Source: Tubiluchus corallicola
Taxonomy: Eukaryota; Animalia; Priapulida
Assembly: GCA_030141605.1 (NCBI GenBank)
Contig: JAQGDQ010000598.1
Coordinates: forward strand, 67,813-131,812
Length of the DNA: 64,000 bases
Direction of reading: 5' to 3'
A program made the translations under genes and the position numbers. Below, in pieces: positions 54,545 to 64,000 of the stretch. Each line of letters begins with the position of its first letter. Position 1 is the first letter of the stretch. The notes under the pieces were generated by a model. It was given only the letters and a program-made list of their open reading frames with translations. It had not been told where the DNA came from and made no database searches.

Positions 54545-55720
54545 ATAATTGCTTGAAATAATCACCAATAATTGCTTGAAATAATCACCAATAATTGCTT
54601 AAAATAAACATCAATATTTGCTTGAAATAATCATCAATATTTGCTTGAAATAATCATTAGTATTTGCTTGAAATAGTCAACAATAATTGCTTGAAATAAT
54701 CATCACTATTTTTTGAAATAGTCACCAATAACTGCTTGAAATAATCATCAGTATTTGCTTGAAGTGATCATCAATATTTGTTTGAAATAATCATCAATAT
54801 TTGCTTGAAATAGTCACCAATAATTGCTTGAAATAATCACCATTAATTGCTTGAAATCGTTACCAATAATTGCTTGAAATAAACATCAATATTTGCTTGA
54901 ATTAATCATCAATATTTGCTTGAAATAATCATTAGTATTTGCTTGAAATAGTCAACAATAATTTCTTGAAATAATCATCAATAATTGCTTAACATAATCA
55001 TCAATAATTACTTGAAATAATCCTCAATATTTGTTTGAATAATCATCAATATTTGCTTGAAATAGTCACCAATAATTGCTTGAAATAATCATCAGTATTT
55101 CTTGAAATGATCACCATTAATTGCTTGAAATCATTACCAATAATTGTTTAAAACATTTGCTTGAAATCATCTCCATTAATTTCTTGAAATAATCATCGAT
55201 AATTGCTTGAAATAATCATCAATAATTGTTTGAAATAACCATCAATAATTGCTTGAATAATCATCAATATGTTTCAGACAATCAGCATTAATTACTTGAA
55301 ATCGTTACCGATAATTGCTTAAAACAGTTGCTTGAAATCATCTCCATTAATTTCCTGAAATAGTCTTCAATAATTGCCTAAAATAGTCGCATTAATTACT
55401 TAAAATAATCAACATTAATTGCTTAAAATAGTCAGCATTAATTGCTTAAAATAATCACCATTAGTTGCTTCAAATAGTCAGCATTAATTGCTTAAAATAA
55501 TCACCATTAATTGCTTGAAATAGTCACTAATAATTGTAATAATTGTTTGAAATAGTCAACATTAATTGCTTGCAACAATCGTCTTATACCAAATTGCTTT
55601 AAAATAATCACATTTAGTTGCTTGAAATGGTCACATATAATTGCTTAAAATAGTTACGAATCGTGATTTAGAATAATCACCATTAATTGCTTGAAGTAGT
55701 CACGGATAATTGCTTGAAAT
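54545..55720. repeat. Diverged 23-bp minisatellite, roughly 50 copies
   Basis: ATAATTGCTTGAAATAATCACCA at 54545, 54568, 54591 and onward, with divergence increasing rightwards. Confidence 0.93.
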
Positions 55721-56029
55721 TTTGATAAGCCGCCATTAAGCGTCTTTGATTCGCTACAATGATTGCTGAAACGTTTAATCGCATAACAGCACGCCAGCTG
55801 AAGGAATTTTTCAGCTAAGCGCCATATTGTTACATACATTTCATCTTGTGAAAGTAACGATCGCATTAAATGGCCGTCTATATGCTCGACGGACTACGAC
55901 AATGGCTTACAGAAGCGCAAAATAATTTCAAATGAGCAGTTTAGACTCTCGGGAGTTCATTTCCACTTGTGTTTATGGCACACTGGATAAGTCAGCGTGT
56001 TCTTTCGTACTAGATCCGGGATTTACAGT

Positions 56030-56302
56030 AAACAACCCTGACCTATTTCTCGGCTAAACTATGACCTTTTTTCTAAAGGCTGTAAAGATAATAACGGTCA
56101 TCCAATATTGCCGAATTGTAACTGCGGATTTCGATTTGAGTCTGTTGAACACTTTTTGTTGCACTGCCCATTGTATCAACATGTTACGTTTGATAAATTA
56201 AATGAAATACTTCTGCCTGAAAACCTTAACGTAGCTGCCTTAGGAACTAATGATCTGTTGAAGTTATTATTATTCGGAAAAGATGAATTTAACTATGTAT
56301 AG
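56030..56302 (+). mobile_element. Non-LTR retrotransposon C-terminal fragment (Cys/His zinc knuckle)
   Basis: CNCGFRFESVEHFLLHCPLY matches the C-x-C-G...E-[TS]-x-x-H-x-L-L-x-C-P motif at LINE ORF2 C-termini. Confidence 0.7.
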
Positions 56303-58069
56303 TTCCTCAGATAAGCAGCCCGAGGGACAAATTGCACTTATGTGCAGCTTTACTGTTCGTACTACGCACAAAGCATTTGAGAAGGAAACAAATTCTTGTT
56401 TTAGAGTTCCACAGATAAGCAGCCCGAGTGAGCTGTACTACTTGTACTACACACAAAGCATTCGACATTAAAACTTTCTGCCTGACTGACGTGCCAACCC
56501 AAACATTTCTTGACAAAAGCGCCCATTTTAATGAGACGACAGTCACATTAACTGCAGTCCTTCGACACGTTCATGGCTTCAGTGTATCGCATTAATGATA
56601 GAGTACTGTCTCCACTGGCGCTTGTGTAAACACACTGATGCTAATCCAACAGCTGATCACATGGTCCCTAATCACCTCAAATAATAGAATCCAATAAATG
56701 ATATAGACCAACCTCTTGTGTGTGTAAAGCTTGTGACATTTAAGAGACTGGCAATCTATGGACTAGTGTGCAATGGTAAGATGTGAAAATGAGCTAGCGA
56801 CTTATCAATAAAAAGAGATACATTCACTATTAGGATATGATGATCCCATGTTTGTTCAATTGCCACTTTTGCCCTAAAAAGTTTTTTGTTTATTTTCTGT
56901 ACATAAACTTAAACTTTTATTTAATTTATTTAAAGTTTATTTCAGCACATAAACATGCCATATAAAAGTTAAAAATTTACACTAAAAACTAAGCAATACA
57001 ATATGTCATGCACTATTATAAACTCAGTTGGTTTTAGCTTAAGGGACAAGAAAAGACTCTTCATAAATAAAGGCTAAAAAATTCGTTATGAAAATTTGCA
57101 TCACTAATATGCTGTCTTCTTGCATACAGGGCTTGCGTTAGCAGTAACTGTGTTCAAAAAACTTGTGAATATAAATTCCTGCGATGACCGACAAGGCGCA
57201 GTCATTTTAAACATGTTTTAAGCAAACTTAGATGATTTTGCGTACAGTTTAGAAAAATAATCGGAGTATTTGTAGCACACTCATCACTAAAAGAAGTAAA
57301 AGTATAAGCTATTCTATAATTTTGAGATGAACAATAATGTCTTTTTGGTAAGCCAGTGACGCACACCGAGATGGTAAAACTGTGATGTTTTATCAGTCGA
57401 CGTAAACATCTTAAATTATCAAGAATTTTCTTTTCTAATTACTGAAGTCTTTCAAAACTCAGTGCCAAGCAATAACTTTGTATAGAAATTACTTTGGTGT
57501 ATATTCTAAAATTCTATTGTAAGCGTTATCTTTATGCGAATCACACCTACATTAAGCAAGCAGGGAAACCTTAGAACGCAAACTTACTATCAAGAAGAGC
57601 AGAAACAAATAAGACTATCTTAGAGATGCTTCGTAAGCTCTTTACATGTTGCGTTTATGGTGCGATCTTGTCTCGTTTGATTATATATTTCCCAGCTGCA
57701 AGTTTTCTAAACTTCTGACGTATAACAAGAATAATTAACTTTGCAGTTTTAAAGCATCTTAGTAGAGTTTTTGCTACGTTGCATTCTGAGAAGTAATTCT
57801 GAGTATCTACCTGTCACCTGCGCCACTATAACAATTTTCTCTATAGTTAATATGAAATCTGTATCTTATTCTTGCTAACTGTGAGACGTAGACAAGAGTG
57901 CTGTCCATACCATGACACCATGCAGTCATAACATCATTCATTTTTATAAAGTTCCAATTGCCTGTGGCTTCATCCATGGTGAGTTCTTTAGTTTTCTGTT
58001 TTGTGCCTAGTACACCATTAAAAGTTAATACAATCTGTAGTTTCAAAATGAGGTTAAATGTCGAACATC

Positions 58070-59150
58070 TAAATTATAAAATGCTACAAGACAGATTAAT
58101 TCTTAATTAATTGCAGTGTTGTGCTACAAGATAAACTACTTTCATGTCTAGTATTTCATGAAACGCTTCTACAACCCTTAATATCAAAATGATGTTTCAT
58201 TCTAGGCACTTAAATTATAAAGTGCTAGAACACAGCCTAACTACTTGAACACTACTACGGAGTGCCTCAAGGTAAACTTCTAGATCTTCTACTTTGTGGC
58301 TAGTATATCACCAAAAGCAATTACTAACTTTAATATCAAAATGATGTTTCATTCTAGGCACTTAAATTATAAAGTGCTAGAACACAGCCTAATTGCTTGA
58401 ACACTACTACGGAGTGCCTCAAGGTAAATTTCTAGATCCTCTATGTTGTGGCTTGTATATCATCAAAAGCGATTACTAACTCTAATATCAAAATGATGTT
58501 GCATTCTAGGCACTTAGATTATAACGTGCTACAATACAGCCTAATTGCTTGAACACTACTACGGAGTGCCTCAAGGTAAACTTCTAGATCTTCTACTTTA
58601 TGACTTGTATGTCATCAAAAGTGATTACTAACTTTAATATCAAAATGATGTTTCATTCTAGGCACTTAAATTATAAAGTGCTACAGCACAGCCTAACTGC
58701 TTAAACACTACTGCGGAGTGCCTCAAGGTAAACTTCTAGATCTTCTACTTTGTAGCTAGTATATCATCAAAAGTGATTACTAACTCTAATATCAAAATGA
58801 TGTTTCATTCTAGGCACTTAGATTATAAAGTGCTACAACACAGCCTAACTACTTGAACACTACTACGGAGTGCCTCAAGGTTAACTTCTAGATCTTCTAC
58901 TTTGTGGCTAGTATATCATCAGAAGCGATTACTAACTCTAATATCAAAATGATGTTTCATTCTAGGCACTTAAATTATAAAGTGCTACAATACAGCCTAA
59001 TTGCTTGAACACTACTATGGAGTGTCTCAAGGTAAACTTCTAGATCTTCTACTTTGTGGCTTGTATGTCATCAAAAGCAATTACTAACTTTAATGTCGGA
59101 ATGATGTTCCATGCTGCTTAGTAGAATTGTAAAACGCTACTAGACAGCCT
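58070..59150. repeat. Tandem repeat, 152-bp unit x6 with degenerate flanking units
   Basis: AATATCAAAATGATG at 58180, 58332, 58484, 58636, 58788 and 58940. Confidence 0.97.
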
Positions 59151-60354
59151 AATAGATCTGCACGACCATACACTTAAAGGACGAGAAAAGAAGGAAAAAA
59201 ATCTCATTGATTCGTCAGACTCGATACATTTTAAGCCACTAAAGCTGACGTCACCGTTACGCACAGAGAAATCTGATTGATTCTCGGGAAAAGATTTGGT
59301 CATTTGACCTCGGGAAATACATTTGTTAGACGTTCGTTAACCAAGCGGTTTTACTTTTGAAAGCAAGCGGTAGGAGATTCTTTCGCTTGATTTGCTTCAT
59401 CTTACTATCGAAAAAATTGATTTTGATGCCAAATAGCTTTAAAGAGAGGGAGAGCCTGTCCTGATCGTACACTGTTAACACTAATTTAAGCCTAATTTAT
59501 TGCAGTGAGAAAGGATGAATTACGCTTAAACCTTAGTGGGTATTGATTGATTTGCTCTTACTTGTGATTTTGCATTAATTGTGCTGTGAAGAGAATCCAG
59601 TCAAAAATACTCATTAGAGAAACATAACGATTTGTATAAATTGTGGCCACACTAATAATACACTTTATTAACAAAATTCAAATTTAACTGTTACACTTTA
59701 TATTTCAAATTAAGTTACAAATCATAACAAAAATAATCACATAATTCACAGCACTTTAAATGAGTAATCTCACATACAGGCCTGCATAAAAACAAGAAAA
59801 AGGTGGTCCCTGATCAGCAGTGACACTTCCTTTTCATAGGCTAGGTTAACTAAACGCATGGTTACCCATGCATGAACGAAGCATACGATCTAAATAATAT
59901 TGTAAGGCCACCAAAGAAGCCAGGTTTGGTTTAAAGCGGATTTTCCGTCACTTTCATATTGCTAAACATGGATCTGTAACAGTTATAAATTATCACGTTT
60001 TGCAAACACATCAAGTTTCAGCAAAAACAAAAAAGGAACGACAAATAACACGTCATTATCTGAAATACAATCGTAATGTAAAATTGACCATAAAACAAAT
60101 CTTAAATCTACAAAACACTACACAATTATCATTATGCTGCGCGTACATGAGTGTATAACAGTTTATATTAGATATTGTTAAATATACTGCATTGTTTAAT
60201 TCCCAGATGAGATGTGTTATGCGTAACTGACATATATGTATCATAATGTATGCCTAGTTGGTGTTACATGAATTGAAAATCTGATCAACTGTTAAATTAG
60301 CACGAGTGTTTTGTGCACTGACTCGTATCAGTTATGACTGTTTTGTAATCCACC

Positions 60355-60897
60355 TTAAAAGAAAACCGGATGATTGTGTAAACATTAGTTCAGAATAAAG
60401 AATGTTCTACAATATTGAAAACTACAATAGCTTATTTTTAATCAAAGCTTAGATTGAATAATAATTACCTCGGATACTCAAACTTCGTTAAACTTTCAAA
60501 GCCACACGCGGCTCAGTGAATCTACTAAGATTGGCAGCGGCGACTTTTTCGCGTGGCGAACAAATAAAAGGCGGTACCGTGATAGCCATGATCATGAACT
60601 GCAGTGTTAGTTTCTGACGTCATATGGCGTAGAGCCCATTTTCCTGACATCACGCGTTTAAGCAGTAACACTTACGCAGACGTGTTTGACGCGCAAGGGA
60701 AGATGCCTGCCATTGCACAAACTGTGGTTAGTTTCTGATGTAAGCAATAGCTGTGTTCTGCTGCCGTTAATTAACTTTCGAAGCGAATTATTCAAATATA
60801 AGAAACAATTGTTAACTTTTATAGGCAAGAAAATGTATATTTTGGACAGTAAATTAAAATGAGATTGAGTCTAAACAATCGTCCGGTCTTCCTTTAA
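60355..60897 (+). mobile_element. Kolobok/T2-type MITE, family A
   Basis: Collinear with 13880-14388, with TTAA at both ends. Confidence 0.85.
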
Positions 60898-61289
60898 GTA
60901 AATAAATATCATATAATAGTTTGTTTACTTTGCCAATTGTTATTGTCACTTTGTAATCGGTATTTAATCTCATTATTATTGCTGTTCCTTTGCTGTTGTA
61001 GGGCGTTTTGCAGTTTTAATTTTTTTCGCTGTCCGATTGTAAAAAAATCAACTATGGTTAACGGTCAATATAATTGTTTGCATATTGACGTTATTATCAG
61101 TATTTATTTGGTAAAACTATGTTTCCCCCGTAAAGGAAATTTATTTAGCATTATATTTCATTTTGTTTACAGTCCCAGCTCATCAATGAATCCAACATTA
61201 TGTTAGTAGTACTAGAAGGTTCAAACTTTAAATAATTGAATATCTGCACATATGTAATCTGTTACCAAGCAACTGGTGTTACGTTATGG

Positions 61290-61780
61290 CTGGGGTGTGC
61301 ACATTATCTGACTAGCCGGGCCACATTAAACTTTCCCGCAATTCCTGCGGGCAGTTTGATCAAGGAGCCAAGTACAGAAAGGCCTAATAACGATTTTTTG
61401 CATCCGACCTGCGTACATCATTACTACTACACTCAAGAAACTATTTCAGAAGCTATTAAAATTTATATTACAAACCATACATTTCTACTTTCAGGACAGA
61501 TAGTGGTAATTTCATTACAATGTATATTAGTAATGTGTATCACACAGTCTGTGTAGTACAGTGACATTAAGCTACATCCGTCTTGTAAGGGTTAATGGTA
61601 TCCGATCTAGTAGAAAAAACTAACCGCACTATCTTTGGGATCGTGGCACGGACTTCAGCTGGATACACTCAATTAATCGCCCGGGCCGCACTTTCATTAG
61701 GTTAACAAATCTCTTCGCGGGCCACACAAATTCTCTCGGCGGGCCGCAAGTGGCCGTGAGCCGCAATTTGCACACCCCTG
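61290..61780. mobile_element. hAT-type MITE
   Basis: TIR CTGGGGTGTGCA...TGCACACCCCTG, 8-bp TSD CGTTATGG/CGTTACGG, and subterminal CGGGCC motifs. Confidence 0.8.
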
Positions 61781-61939
61781 CGTTACGGTATCTAGGTCCT
61801 AAATATAATTATGTTAATTTTACAAATGCAGAGAAACTAGCGTGCTTATCCTTTAACATTCGGCTGTTTATGATTTGTGATCATGTGCAATTCAGTCATG
61901 ACGTACTGGAAAATCTAAACGTAATGGAGTCTAACATAG

Positions 61940-62750
61940 GCTAACCTAACCTAACCTAATTCAGCATAATCTAACCTAAATTAAACCGAATAAGTCCACC
62001 TTCACTTAGCCTAACTTAGCTTAATGCTCTAACTAAACTGACGAGCCGAACCTGATCTGTAACATTTTCTACTTTATGCTAACCTAACCTAACCTAACCT
62101 GATTCAACATAATCTGACCTGACATATTTAAAAAAATCCACCTTTATTAAACTTACCTTAGCTAAGAGGTGAGATTAATTAACAGACCCTGCCTAATCTA
62201 ACCTTTTCTATATATAATAGTCTAACTTAATCCCAAGCCAGCCTAATCTAACCTTTCCTATTTTATGATAGCCTAACCTAATCTAACCTTTCCTATTTTA
62301 TGATAGCCTAACTTAAACTAACCTTTCCTATTTTATGATAGCCTAACCTAATCTAACCTTTCCTATTTTATGATAGCCTAACTTAAACTAACCTTTCCCA
62401 AGCCAACCAGCCCTAAACTAACTTACCCAAGTTTATGTAAACAAAGCCACGCTAGATTTAAGCATTTGTCAAAACACTTCCAAATTGCACTGTCTTCTAC
62501 AATGCTCAGCACTGCCTGCGTTCCACTGCTGTAAGCTACTCTACCCTGCCCTACTCTCCTTTGCAGAACCCAGTACTGCTTTGCATTGTTCCAGGCTACT
62601 CTGCACTGCAGTATGCTGCTCTGCATTGCTCTATGTTACTCTGCATTGCTGTACAATGCTCTTTGTTACTCTGCACTGTTTTGCACTGCTGCTTTCTCTG
62701 CTCAGCTCTATTCTGTACCTTACACTGCTCCAAGGATTGTCCTACCTCAT
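61940..62750. repeat. Degenerate pentanucleotide repeats: (CCTAA)n-like followed by (CTGCA/CTCTG)n-like
   Basis: Direct reading. Includes a short ~35-bp tandem at about 62240-62400. Confidence 0.8.
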
Positions 62751-62764
62751 TTTTGCGTCATTTT

Positions 62765-63260
62765 CGAGGGCAAGAGAAGGGGTCCCTGAAGTAGGTTTCA
62801 AAAAAACCGCTTTAAGAAATTATATTACTTTCAAGCAATTTTATGTATATATATCGCACTCGTGTTGAAAGGAATTTTTGTTTGTTTGCATTTTTATTCT
62901 CCCACTGAACTGTTCTGGCCGCGTCATTGCGTGACGTCATATACGCACAAAGTAAATCAGGGATAGGAAAGGCAATGTTAAATTATGTTCCAAAAAACTT
63001 TCCATGCAAATCTATATTACTTAGCATTTTGCTTACCTGCTTGAAAGACTTATCTAAGTAGAAAGTAAAATTATTAATTATTTAAAATATTTTCATCATT
63101 AATTTTTTTGGTAAAATTTCGTTGACTCACCTGCAGGGTGCACCACTCACTAACCAAAAAAAACGTATTTTTAATCTTATTGATAGGATACAGTAAATTA
63201 AAATGACATTTAGTTAGTAAGGTGTGCGCTAGAAATGCCTGATTATGTTTCAATTTTTTT
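62765..63260 (+). mobile_element. Family C transposon remnant
   Basis: Collinear with 17708-18110. Confidence 0.7.
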
Positions 63261-63289
63261 TCTTCAAAATCTCATTCCACCTATTGTAG

Positions 63290-63860
63290 GCATTGAGGTA
63301 TCAACATTCATCTGAACATTCTACCCACTTCTATCTGCAGCTAACAGCGTAAGTTCTTCTACTCCTGAAGACAGATTTGGTTGAAATTGTTGAACATCTT
63401 TATTTATCTTAGCTATCCAAGTTGTTTTTGCAAGGTTTTACGGCGATTCTTACTGGTGCTTCATTTGGTAATCTTGGAAGTTGTCTAGCCATCTTAATCT
63501 TCGGATCTTGACTTTTGAACTCCAATAATTTTCTTTTGTTCTGGTGTATAAATCTTCCTAATTATGTATGACCATCTTATTTTTAAAACTTTTCTTAGAA
63601 GGCTTCTATGAAATGTGTCAATCTGCTATTCTTGAGTAATCGTTAAACCCCCAAGTTTCGCTGTTGTACATAAATATGCTGGTAACGTAAGCATTAAATA
63701 ATCGAAGTCTTACGTTAAGACTTAATTTCTTGCTAGTTAATACAATCTTGTGTTGAAGAAAAGCATAATGATTGCTTGTTTCTTTGTTTGTCTCATTGCT
63801 TGTTTCTTTCTGCTTTTAATGTCATCTTTGGTGCTTAGAAAAGAGCCCATGATCGTCGCC
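63290..63860 (-). mobile_element. Decayed RTE-clade-like LINE, C-terminal part of ORF
   Basis: Minus-strand frameshifted peptides KLSLNVRLRLFNAYVTSIFMYNSETW, IDTFHRSLLRKVLKIRW, KIRRLRWL, KTTW and LAADR. Confidence 0.8.
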
Positions 63861-63978
63861 ATGAGTTCTCCATTTTTCACAGTAATATCATGTAAAATGT
63901 TAAAGTTCGACTGAGAAAAATGATGTGGCTGTTTGCCGCATGTCTCAGATTTATTTCAGTTTATTTTTGTTTTTCGTA

Positions 63979-64000
63979 TACCGTATTTTCCCGTGTATAA
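63979..64000 (+). mobile_element. Possible left terminus of a Tc1/mariner-pogo-type element
   Basis: TA-CCGTATTTTCCCGTGTATAA resembles pogo/Tc2-type TIR starts. Truncated by the window edge. Confidence 0.4.

Noticed and set aside
61940-62425. Interstitial (TTAGG)n telomere
   Set aside because: Only short CCTAA runs within a highly degenerate pentamer tract, better explained as an ordinary microsatellite.

Overview
AT-rich, repeat-dense eukaryotic DNA from an invertebrate animal. The embedded 5S sequence resembles mollusc/lophotrochozoan 5S (recalled, not searched). Only one host coding exon is recognisable: the first coding exon of a CNRIP1 (CB1 cannabinoid receptor-interacting protein 1) homologue at 3926-4146 (+). 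It is preceded by probable non-coding 5' exons and a uORF-rich leader. No downstream CNRIP1 exon was found, so the remaining ~60 kb is probably intron. That region holds microsatellites, at least nine unrelated minisatellite arrays, TTAA-flanked Kolobok- and piggyBac-type MITEs, hAT-type MITEs with 8-bp TSDs, two solo LTRs with 5-bp TSDs and heat-shock-element-like motifs, LINE 3' remnants and SINEs. The most interesting item is a TSD-flanked retroposon at 36916-37393 (-): a full-length 5S rRNA head fused to an internally deleted RTE LINE. Its 5' UTR appears to carry an HDV-like ribozyme fold with a 14-nt deletion in the putative catalytic segment. A headless sister copy at 22831-23232 retains that segment. 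Almost all long ORFs in the ORF track are translations of simple repeats.
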